A stretch of DNA of 64,000 bases, taken from Mobula birostris (taxonomy: Eukaryota). The stretch is from NCBI RefSeq assembly GCF_030028105.1, contig NC_092371.1, forward strand, positions 14,033,884 through 14,097,883, read 5' to 3'. The translations under genes were made by a program, and so were the position numbers. Under the pieces are notes generated by a model. The model was not told where the DNA came from and made no database searches. It saw only the letters and a program-made list of their open reading frames with translations. This document shows, one piece after another, positions 10,340 to 21,779 of this stretch (position 1 is the stretch's first letter; every line of letters starts with the position of its first letter).

Positions 10340-13300
10340 AAAACGCAAACACGAGGAAATCTGCAGATGCTGGAATTTCAAGCACCACACATAAAATTGC
10401 TGGTGAACGCAGCAGACCAGGCAACATCTATAGGAAGAGGTACAGTCGACGTTTCAGGCCGAGACCCTTCGTCGGAACTAATTGAAAGAATTGCTAGTAA
10501 GAGATTTGAAAGTTGGAAGGGGAAGGGGAGATCCAAAATGATAGGAGAAGACAGGAGGGAGAGTGATGGAGCCAAGAGCTGGACAGTTGATTGGCAAAAG
10601 GGATATGAGAGGATCATAGGACAGGGGGCCTAGGGAGAAAGAAATGGGGAGGAGGGAAGCCCGGAGGATTGGCAATAACAGATGGGGTACGAGGGGGAGG
10701 TGGGGCATTAACGAAGTTAGAGAAGTCAATGTTCATGCCATCAGGTTGGAGGCTACCCAGACGGAATATAAGGTGTTGTTCCTCCAACCAGAGTGTGGCT
10801 TCATCTTTACAGTAGAGGAGGCCGTGGATAGACATATCAAAATGGGAATAGGCCGTGGAATTAAAATATGTGGCCACTGGGAGATCCTACGTTCTCTGGC
10901 GGACAGAGAGTAGGTGTTCAGCGAAACAGTGTCCCAGTCTGCGTTGGGTCTCGCCAATATATAGAAGGCCGCATCAGGAGCACCGGACGCAGCATATCAC
11001 CCCAGCCGACTCACAGGTGAAGTGTCACCTCACCTGGAAGGACTGTCTGGGGCCCTGAATGGTAGTTAGGGAGGAAGTGTAAGGGCATGTGTAGCACTTG
11101 TTCCGCTTACAAGGATAAGTGACGGGAGGGAGATCGGTGGGGGCGGGGGGAGGAATGGACAAGGGAGTCGCGTAGGGAGCGATCCCTGCGGAAAGCAGAG
11201 GTGGTGGGGGGGATAGGGAAAGATGTGGTTAAAGGTGGGATCCCGTTGGAGGTGGCGGAAGTTACGGAGAAGTAAATGTTGGACCCGGAGGCTGATGGGG
11301 TGGTAGGTGAGGACAAGGGAACCCTATTCTTAGTGGGGTGGTGGGAGGATGGGGTGAGAGCAGATGTGCGTGAAATGGAAGAGATGCCTTTGAAAACAGA
11401 GTTGATGGTGGAGGAAGGGAAGCCCCTTTCTTTAAAACAGGAGAACATCTCCCTCGTCCTGCAATGAAAAGCCTCATCCTGAGAGCAGATGCGGCGGAGA
11501 TGGAGGAATTGCGAGAAGGGGATGGCATTTTTGCAAGAAACAGGGTGAGAAGAGTAATAGTCCAGATAGCTGTGAGAGTCCATAGGCTTATAGTAGACAT
11601 CAGTAGATAAGCTGTCTCCAGAGATAGAGACAGAAAGATCTAGAAAGGGGAGGGAGGTGTAGGAAATGGACCAGGTAAACTTGAGGGCAGGGTGAAAGTT
11701 GGAGGCCAAGTTAATAAAGTCAACGAGCTCAGCATGCGAGCAGGAAGCAGCGCCAATGCAGCTGTCGATGTAGCGACGGTAAAGTGGGGGACAGATACTA
11801 GTATAGGTTTGGAACATGGATTGTTCCACCATGCCAATAAAAAGGCAGCCATAGCTGGGACCCATACCGGTGCCCATGGCTACACCTTTGGTTTGGACGA
11901 AGTGGGAGGAGGCAAAGGAGAAATTATTAAGAGTAAGGACTAATTCCGCTAGACGGAGCAGAGTGGTGGTAGAGGGGAACTGGTTAGGTCCAGATTCCAA
12001 AAAGAAGCGGTGAGCTTTGAGACCTTCCTAGTGGGGGAATGAAAGAATATAGGAACTGGACATCCATGGTGAAAATAAAACGGTGGGGTCCAGGAAACTT
12101 AAAATCATCGAAAAATTTCAAAGCGTGAGAAGTGTCACGGACATAGGTAGGAAGGGATTGAACAATTAACCAATTTCCCCCGGGATCAATGAAGTATGAC
12201 AATGGCTATGACTTGACTCTAACAAGGGGGGATAAAACAGTGTCGAGGTATGCAGAAATGAGTTCGGTGGGGCAGGAGCAAGCTGAGACAATAGATCTAC
12301 CTGGACAGGCAGGTTTGTGGATCTTGGATAGGAGGTAGAAACGGGAAGTGCGAGGTGTGGGAACTATAAGGTTGGTAGCAGTGGATGGGAGATCCCCTGA
12401 GCGGATAAAGCTGGTGACAGTGTGGGAGACAATGGCCTGGTGCTCCTTAGTGGGGTCATGATCGAGGGATAAATAAGAGGAGGTATCCGCGAGTTGTCGC
12501 TGTGCCTCAACAATGTAGAGGTCAGTACGCCAGACACAACAGCACCCCCCTTATCGGCAGGGTTTATAGTAAGGTTAGCATTAATGCGGAGGAAGAGGAG
12601 AGCAGAGCGTTCGGAAGGAGTGAAGTTGGAATGGGAACAAGTGTGGTGAAGTCGAGACTTTTGATGTCCCGTCGGCAGTTAGCAATAAAGGGATCCAGAG
12701 CTGGCAGAAGACCAGAGCGGGGTGTCCATGAAGAGGGGGAGGGTCGAAGAAGGGACAAGGGGTCATCGGTGGGGGTGGGAGAGTCCTTGCCGAAGAAGTA
12801 GGCTCGAAGACGGAGCCGGCGGAAGAGCAAGGGCCTTACCTTTGTCCTCCTTCGCCCACACCTCAGCGAGTTCCGCGTTCGCCAAAACGCTGAATTCTTC
12901 CGCCGGCTCCGTCTTCCGCCACTTCCAATGGAATCCCACCACTAAGCACATCTTTCCCACCCCACCCTGCTTTCCGCAAGGATCGCTCCCTACGCGACTC
13001 CCTTGTCCATTCGCCCGCCCCCACCCCCGTTCCTCCCCACTGATCTCCCTACCGGCACTTATCCTTGTAAGCGGAACAAGTGCTACACATGCCCTTACAC
13101 TTCCTCCCTCACTACCATTCAGGGCCCCAGACAGTCCTTCCAGATGAGGTGACACTTCACCTGTGAGTTGGCTGGGGTGATATACTGCGTCCAGTGCTCC
13201 CGATGTGGCCTCCAATATATTGGCGAGACCCGACGCAGACTGGGAGATCGTTTCACTGAACACCTCAGCTCTGTCCGCCAGAGAAAGCAGGATCTCCCAG

Positions 13301-13794
13301 TGGCCACACATTTTAATTCCACGTCCCATTCCCATTCTGATATGTCTATCCACGGCCTCCTCTACCGTCAAGATGAAGTCACACTCAGGTTGGAGGAAAT
13401 CACCTTATATTCCGTTTGGGTAGCCTCCAACCTGATAGCATGAACATTGACTTCTCTAACTTCCGTTAATGCTCCACCTCCGCCTCGTACCCCATCCGTT
13501 ATTGCCCATCCTCTGGGCTTCCCCCCTCCCCATTTCTATCTTCCTAGACCTCCCATCCTATGATCCTCTCATATCCCTTTTGCCAATCAACTGTCCAACT
13601 CCTGGCTGCATCCGTCCCCCTCTTGTCTTCTCCTATCATTTTGGATCTCCCCCTCCCCCTCCCACTTTGAAATCGCTTACTAGCTCTTCTTTCAGTTAGT
13701 CCTGACGAAGAGTCTCGGTCCGAAACGTCGACTGTACCTCTTCCTATATATGCTTCCTGGCCTGCTGCGTTCACCAGCAGCTTTTATATGTGTT
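10340..13794 (-). mobile_element. Penelope-like element (RT + GIY-YIG) with inverted 3' duplication and 13-bp TSD
   Basis: RT ORF 11107-12000 (QTKGVAMGT...RRYIDSC) and a GIY-YIG fragment (VIYCVQCSRCGLQYIGET) in the inverted copy. ACTGGAGGAAGTT occurs at 10327-10339 and 13795-13807. Confidence 0.9.
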
Positions 13795-13965
13795 ACTGGA
13801 GGAAGTTGTCTATTGGTCACCGAAAAATAACATTACAGCGGCACGGACAAGAAACAGAGATATATTTGAGCTATGTCGGAATGGAACCGCAGTTATCATG
13901 GGGGACTTTAACTTGCACATAGATTGGGTGAATCAAGTTGCTAGATTGATTGTTGAAGAGGACTT

Positions 13966-16140
13966 CATAGAACATAGAACATAGAATAGTACAGCACAGT
14001 ACAGACCCGTCGGCCCACAATGTTGTGCCGACCCTCAAAACCTGCCTCCCATATAAGCCCCCACCTTAGATTCCTTCATATACCTGTCTAGTAGTCTCTT
14101 AAACTTCACTAGTGTATCTACCTCCACCACTGACTCAGGCAGTGCATTCCACGCACCAACCACTCTCTGAGTGAAAAACCTTCCTCTAATATCCCCCTTG
14201 AACTTCCCACCCCTTATCTTAAAGCCATGTCCTCTTGTATTGAGCAGTGGTGCCCTGGGGAAGAGGCGCTGGCTATCCACTCTATCTAATCCTCTTATTA
14301 TCTTGTACACCTCTATCATGTCTCCTCTCATCCTCCTTCTCTCCAAAGAGTAAAGCCCTAGCTCCCTTAATCTCTGATCATAATGCATACTTTCTAAACC
14401 AGGCAGCATCCTGGTAAATCTCCTCTGTACCCTTTCCAATGCTTCCACATCCTTCCTATAGTGAGCTGACCAGAACTGGACACAATACTCCATGTGTGGC
14501 CTAACCAGAGTTTTATAGAGCTGCATCATTACATCGCGACTCTTAAACTCTATCACTCGACTTATGAAAGCTAACACCCCATAAGCTTTCTTAACTAACC
14601 TATCCACCTGTGAGGCAACTTTCAGGGATCTGTGGACATGTACCCCGAGATCCCTCTGCTCCTCCACACTACCAAGTACCCTGCCATTTACTTTGTACTC
14701 TGCCTTAGAATTTCTCCTTCCAAAGTGTACCACCTCATACTTCTCCGGGTTGAACTCCATCTGCCACTTCTCAGCCCACTTCTGTATCCTATCAATGTCT
14801 CTCTGCAATCTTTGACAATCTTCTACACTATCTACAACACCACCAACCTTTGTGTCGTCTGCAAACTTGCCAACCCACCCTTCTAATCTCCACATCCAGG
14901 TCGTGAATAAAAATCACGAAAAGTAGAGGTCCCAGAACAGATCCTTGTGGGACACCACTAGTCACAATCCTCCAATCTGAAGGTACTCCCTCCACCACCA
15001 CCCTCTGCCTTCTGCAGGCAAGCCAATTCTGATTCCAACTGGCCAAACTTCCCTGGATCCCATGCCTTCCAACTTTCTGAATAAGCCTACCGTGAGGAAC
15101 CTTGTCAAATGCCTTACTAAAATCCATATAAATCACATCCACTGCACTACCCTCATCTATATGCCTGGTCACCTCCTCAAAGAACTCTATCAGGCTTGTT
15201 AGACACTATCTGCCCTTCACAAAGCCATGCTGACTGTTCCTGATCAGACCATGATTCTCTAAATGCCTATAGATCCTATCTCTAAGAATCTTTTCCAACA
15301 GCTTTCCCACCACAGACGTAAGGCTCACTGGTCTATAATTACCCGGACTATCCCTACTACCTTTTTTGAACAAGAGAACAACATTCGCCTCCCTCCAATC
15401 CTCCGGTACCATTCCCGTGGACAACGAGGACATAGAGATCCTAGCCAGAGGCTCAGCAATCTCTTCTCTGGCCTCCTGGAGCAGCCTGGGGAATATTCCG
15501 TCAGGCCCCGGGGACTTATCTGTCCTAATGTATTTTAACAAATCCAACACCTCCTCTCCCTTAATAACAGCATGCTCCAGAACATCAACCTCACTCATAT
15601 TGTCCTCACCATCATCAAGTTCCCTCTCATTGGTGAATACCGAAGAGAAGTATTCATTGAGGACCTTGCTCACTTCCACAGCGTCCAGGCACATCTTCCC
15701 ACCTTTATCTCTAATCGGTCCTACCTTCACTCCTGTCATCCTTTTTTTCTTCATATCATTGAAGAACGCCTTGGGGTTTTCCTTTACCCTACTCGCCAAG
15801 GCCTTCTCATGCCCCCTTCTTGCTCTTCTCAGCCCCTTTTTAAGCTCCTTTCTTGCTTCCCTATATTCCTCAATAGACCTATCTGATCTTTGCTTCCTAA
15901 ACCTCATGTATGCTGCCTTCTTCCTCCTGACTAGATTTTCCACCTCACTTGTCACCCATGGTTCCTTCACCCTACCATTCTTTATCTTCCTCACCGGGAC
16001 AAATTTATCCCTTACATCCCGCAAGAGATCTCTAAACATCGACCACATGTCCATAGTACATTTCCCTGCAAAAACATCATCCCAATTCACACCCGCAAGT
16101 TTTAGCCTTATAGCCTCATAATTCGCCTTTCCCCAATTAA
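13966..16140 (-). mobile_element. Relatively young 5'-truncated CR1 LINE (ORF2 RT, disrupted)
   Basis: ORFs 15206-16090, 14828-15172 and 14035-14895 carry [24 protein letters not shown] and KFADDTK. (CATAGAA)n tail at 13966-13986. Confidence 0.92.
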
Positions 16141-16166
16141 ATTATGTTCTACGTTCTATGTTCTAT

Positions 16167-17645
16167 CACTAAAGAGGTAGTGCTGAGCAAACTTGTGGGC
16201 CTAAAGATAGACAAGACCCCTGGTCCTGATGGAATGCTTCCCAGGGCACTGAAAGACATGGCGAGGTGACTAGTTACTAAAATTTTCTGGACTCTGGGCA
16301 GGTTGCGACGGATTGGAAGAAGGCGAATGTACCACCACTATTGAAGAAGAATGCATGCAAAGACAGGTAAGTATTGGCCATTTAGTTTAACATCTGTTGT
16401 TGGGAAAGTGTTTGAAGGTATCGTTAAAGAAGAAATAGCGAAGCACCTTGAAAGACGCAGTATGGATTCAGCAAAGGCAGGTCTTGTTTGACGAACTTAA
16501 TGGAATTTTTAATATATAATAAGCGTAGTGGATAATGCGAACAACTGGACGTTATTTACTTGGATTTCCAGAAGGCATTCAATAAGTTGCCACATAGAAG
16601 TTTTATCCATAATATAAAGATGCATAGAGTTGGGAGTAATGTATTAGCATGGATAGAGGATTTGTTAACCAATAAAAAGTAGAAATTTGGGATACATGGG
16701 TGTGTCTTTGGTTGGCAGTTGGTGGTGACTGGTGTGCTGCAGGGGTCGGTGCTGGGCCCGTAACTGTTCACGATATTCATTAACGATCTGGAAGAGGGGA
16801 CCGAGGGTAATGTATCTAAGTTTACTGATGACACGAAAAGCAAGTTGTGCAGAGCATATGGAGAGTCTGCAGAGAAATATAGATAGGTTAAGTGAGTGGG
16901 AGAGGGTCTGGCAGATGGAGTACAATGTTGGTAAATTTGAGATTCCTACTTTGGAAGGAAAAATGTAAGATTAGATTATTATTTAAACGGTTAAAAGATT
17001 GCAGCGTGATGCTGTGCAGAAGGACTTAGGAGTGCTTGTGCGTGAATCGCAAAAGGCTGGTTTGCAGGTGCATCAAATTATCAAGAGGGCAAACGGACCG
17101 GAGGTCATTGCTAGAGCGTGTAATTCTGGTCTCCTTACTCGAGGAAGAATATATGGGCTCTGGAGGCTGTGCAGAAGAGGTTCACCAGGTTGATTCCAGA
17201 GATGAGGGGGTTAGACTATGAGAATAGATTGAATCACCTGGGAATGTATTCGCTGGAATTCAGAAGGATGAAAGGAAATCTTGTTGAAACATATAAAATT
17301 ATGAATGGGATAGATTAGATAGAGACAGGGAAGTTGTTTCCACTATTAAGTGGGACGAGAAGTAGAGGACATTGCCTCAAGATTCGGGGGAGTAAATCCC
17401 GGACGGATATGAGGACGAACTGCTTTTCCCAGAGTGTTGAATCTGTGGAATTCACTGCCCAATGAAGCAGTGGAGGCTACCTCAGTAAATATATTTAAGA
17501 CAAGGTTGGTTAGATTTTTGCATAGTAGGGGAATTAAGGGTTATGGGGTAAAAGGCAGGTCGGTGGAGATGAGTCCATGGTCAGATCTGTCATGATCGTA
17601 TTGAACGGCGGAGCAAGCTTGTCAGGCCAGATAGTCTACTTCTGC
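16167..17645 (+). mobile_element. Decayed CR1 ORF2 and 3' end
   Basis: Degenerate RT motifs and CR1 3' UTR. Confidence 0.8.
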
Positions 17646-17885
17646 TCCTATTTCTTATTTTTTTTTATGTTCTTTAACATGGCTCCTAAATTCCTGAACT
17701 CTCCATGTAGAAGATCGTCACACGTCCTATCCTTGTCATTGGTACGTACATGGACCACGACCCCTGGCTGCTCACCATCCCACTTAAGAACACCGAGAAC
17801 TGGATCCGAGATATCTCGGACCCTGGCAGTCGGGAGGCAACATATCATCCGGCATCCACACTAGCCTTGCCTTTACACACACAAA

Positions 17886-17886
<1 letters not shown>

Positions 17887-17940
<54 letters not shown>

Positions 17941-17949
17941 ACACACACA
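17887..17949. repeat. (CA)n microsatellite
   Basis: Direct reading. Confidence 0.95.
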
Positions 17950-20900
17950 CATATATATAAAAGTTTTGGTGTCCTCTTTTATATTATTGCCTAGCCAACC
18001 TCAAATCCTTAATATTCCAGATTAAGGAACATGGAGCCAAAGGCAATAAATAGAATGCGCCCACGATTCAAGAAAAGAACCTTTCGGCTGAAGTGAGTGA
18101 GTTACCTCCCACTTTTCAATCACATGCTTTTCTTCTGGGCGTTCAGTGGGGAAGGCAGAGTTGGCGTTGACAAGTGCTCTGTGGTTGTACTGGCCCATGT
18201 GTGTCACAAGAGGGAGGCGAAGAGCTAGATGCGATTTCCGGTTGCGATTTTGGGAGCGATAAGCACCGGATGTCAGCTGCAAACAAAGAACTTTCCAATT
18301 ATAAATGTGAAGAGGCAGTTAACGGAGTGTACTGAATACAGATTACGGAGTCTGAAATAGAATTCAACAAAATTCTTGCAGAACTAACTAGGCTTGCTTT
18401 TTTCCCTGCAGGATAATTGGACCAGAAACTTTTTCATGCTGTGTAGGAACTTGGAACAGAACGAGGACTTTGCATGGATCCTTCTGTAACAATCATTTAG
18501 GTCGCGACTGATTTTGGAAACGGACAGGATATGGGAAGGCACGTAGGGCTGAAAGAAATTACAGATAAAGGGAGGACGGAGATGCAGACGATTTACGTGA
18601 TAGGAGTCTCCAGAAACTGTGTCAGGAGCGAGGCTGGTCAGATTTCAAGGAGAAGGCATGTTGGAACGAAACGATGTAACAGGTAATTCAAGGGTAAATT
18701 TTAGAACAACACTGAAATATTGAACCGAGAGGTTCTACTATCGGCCAGGAAAGGGAACTGGAGAAAGACGAACAAATTGTGAATAAGAGCGCTCCCTTCA
18801 ATGTTTGCATTACTTCTTTCTCCTCGCTAATGACATTAAGAAGACAATAGGTGGGATAAGCCAGCCCTGGTCCGGCGGAGAGGGCGAATGGGAGGCCTCA
18901 ATCAGCGGCGTTAGACTCAATGATATTATTAGCTGAAGTAGACACATCCATCTGGAACCATAACTTTCCTCAAATGGTGTATGATCTGCCGATGCTTCCA
19001 ACATTTTCTGTTTTATTTTTGATTTTCCAAAAATTGCATTTTAAATATTTTTTAGCTATAGTTCCATTGTTGCATTCAGGCTAGGGATTGAGTATGCAAT
19101 GCAGGGATTATTTTTCATATCACGGAACAGACGGTGTCCTCAATCTGGCCTCGCATCTCTGATCTAAAGCACTTTTCTGAGGATGAACAATTGAGAGATT
19201 CGACAATAAAAAAGTCACAAGAGACCTGTTGCTTCATCTCTGGGATGGTGTGGAGGAATTAGTGAAAAGGTATCGTTCAATGCACAGCCCCAATCTGCTA
19301 GTTTCAAACTGAATCGAAAGATTCTTTACTTTGACTACAGTTAAAAGCTAAAACGTCTCGGAGACGCTAAACTCACTTTACAAATGCTCTCTAATGATGA
19401 AAGGTTATAAAACATATTGGGAGACATGTTTCAGCATTTGATCATGTTACGACAATTGATCTTCTAATAACCGTTTGATTTTATATCGTGTCACACCATA
19501 CAACATCATAACTGGATTATCGTAGGAATAGTTGACGCCTTGGTTGTGGATAATAATAAACCTCCATTTTGAATCTCGCCTCTGTGGACTCTAAATCTCT
19601 CGGCATTGCTCCAGGCGGAACAAAATAACAGGATAATTGAAATTGATTTATAAACTGTCAATTTAAACGATACAATTTTTGTTTGTCATCGAGAGACAAA
19701 GGAAACAAATTCTGTTGGAATCGACAGAGAACTATAAGTCTGTGAACGAGGAACTCTCAGGGAGTAAGATTAGCATAAAGAAATACTGTTGATGAAATTG
19801 ACAAGAAAGGGAGTGTTAAATTTCTGAGACTACGTAATCAAAGGTTTCAAAGATAAGTTTAATGTCAGAGAAATGTATATAATATAGATCCTGAAATTAT
19901 TTTTCTTCTAGGGTAGTTATGGATGTTGTTGACGTGCTGATATTGTCATCTTCTCCAATGCTATAGATATTCCCTTAGATTCAACGACTCTGAATGTATC
20001 CCCATTATTCAAGTAAGGGAAGCAAAAGAAATTAATATACAAGGTCTAGTTAGCAGAACATAATGGTAAAGACGTGGAAACAGGAAAACGATAATGACTG
20101 GATTTGATAGAGTCATGGATTTATCAGAGTGAAACATATTTGGCAAATCTATATTTTGATTTTGTAATTCACAGAAGAGACAAAGGCGAAACAGTTACCG
20201 TGTTTACTTTATGAAAACAGTTAATAAAATGTCACAGAGAATTATTAAAGTTAATATGATATATTTGGAATTGATAGAAGGTTGGTTAGCGGAAATCGAT
20301 TATTTTAACATAAGGTGATAAGCCAATTTCCAAGTAACAAAGAAAATGAAATGTAGCGCAGAAAAGTGTAAGAATACGCATATCAATCAACAAGCGGTAA
20401 GGAAATTTTAAATGAACAAACACTGAAATATATTGGTTTCAAGGGAGACCAATGTCTGTTGTCTTTAGAAGAATTGGATGTAAGCTCACATGACCTGCAA
20501 ATTGCATTCTGCGCCTGTCCGGGTTGATGAAGGGTTAATGAATCTCTTGCATGAAGGTACCTCGAATGACGACGACGCTTTAAAAATAGGGTTGCCCTTT
20601 CAGAATTGAGATGAGAGATAATTTGTTCAACTAGAATGTTAATAAATCTCCAGAATGTTCTACGAGGATGGCATTCAGATCTTTGTACCTGCTCACATGC
20701 AAGACAGAGCTGGGTCGATTTTTACATGATAACTGGAAAGCCAGGTCTTCGATTAGTGTAGGAAAATGGCACCAAGGTACCAAGCCAACCATGTGCACGT
20801 AGAACATAGTGTTGCTGTTACAAAGGAACTGCTCTGCAGGGTGACAAATAAAGTACAGAGGCCACACGGTTGACAGAAGCAAATGAATGTCACTTGACAC

Positions 20901-21516
20901 CATCTGTTTGTAGCCTACGGTTTAAGCAACCTGGTCCGCGCGACACGTTCCACGCATGCCCATGTAACACAGAGCGCCCTTTGCAGTTCGACGCAATCAC
21001 TGACTTTGAAAGCGTAAACAGGAAACCTGTAACGGGAATTGGCACGATGCGGTACTTTCCACAGACGTATCTTTAAATGCTAGACAAATGTCCTCTACAA
21101 CATTAATATGCCTGTACATAATATTCATCTAGTTATCACTACCTGACTCTACCTCACGGTTTGCCCTCTTTCTGCACCAGAAACTGTTAATCTATAAAAT
21201 AAATCTATTTTTAAATATGTTTATTATCGTGGTTTTATAGAATTTAATGTTGCACGACACATATTAGTGATCTACAGCCTGATCCTGATTCTAATTATCC
21301 ACCCACTCGTCCTTTTCTCCCCCTCCCCTTCTCTTTTGATACGTAGACGGACCTTTAACTCTTTCATAAATATTTATAAATCAATTTCTGGAGCTGATGG
21401 CACTATGATCTGCTCCCAACCTCCTACCGTGCCTTTGTAAATATACCGTCAGAGTCGGACATTCTGAGATAGAGATGTTCGAACATATAAAAACGAACAA
21501 TTCTTTTCACTTGCAG

Positions 21517-21615
21517 ATCCTCCTTCCACGCATGTTTACCTTTTACTGTATCACGTCGGCTTTCCTGCGGCGATTATCTTTCTCCTCACGGATATATTCG
21601 CCGTGGGAAACGGCA
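21517..21615 (+). CDS. Orphan transmembrane exon candidate (TM contains Asp)
   Basis: Strong acceptor aattcttttcacttgcag. Phase 1 reads DPPSTHVYLLLYHVGFPAAIIFLLTDIFAVGNG. The donor A|gtcagg is only moderate; read-through would stop at 21636-21638. Confidence 0.45.
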
Positions 21616-21720
21616 GTCAGGTTCCAAAGTCATTCTAACTGCCCATGACTGTTTCTATGGTCGTTGTTGTCTGGTTCTGGGTTTAACACTGTCGTTCACT
21701 TAAATCTCTTTCCACCTCAG

Positions 21721-21779
21721 TCAACAAGAGCGGCCGGATGAACTTCACAGAAGTGAGACCACGCGCGGCAGGAAATGAA
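21721..21779 (+). CDS. Orphan cytoplasmic exon candidate, structurally paralogous to 4815-4873
   Basis: Acceptor aaatctctttccacctcag resembles gene A's acatctctttcaatcag. Donor GAA|gtagga. Same length (59 nt) and phase (1-0). Reads INKSGRMNFTEVRPRAAGNE after a 105-nt intron. Confidence 0.5.

Noticed and set aside
15366-16121. Long plus-strand ORFs (also 42431-42994, 25020-25652, 62074-62613)
   Set aside because: Antisense shadows of CR1 or Penelope ORFs, or translation of the LTR minisatellite; not host genes.
18810-18900. Minus-strand PDQGWLIPPIVFLMSLARRKK*, echoing gene B's C1-TM junction (PDQ-GWCLP)
   Set aside because: Only about 13 hydrophobic residues and no upstream C1 similarity; most likely coincidence.
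20654-20870. IQIFVPAHMQDRAGSIFT* resembles the start of gene B's C1 (MQVFVPP...GSVHLVC)
   Set aside because: Several stops, no in-frame Trp and no F-strand motif. It cannot be supported without alignment statistics, though it is the first place to test for a decayed Ig exon of the orphan cassette.
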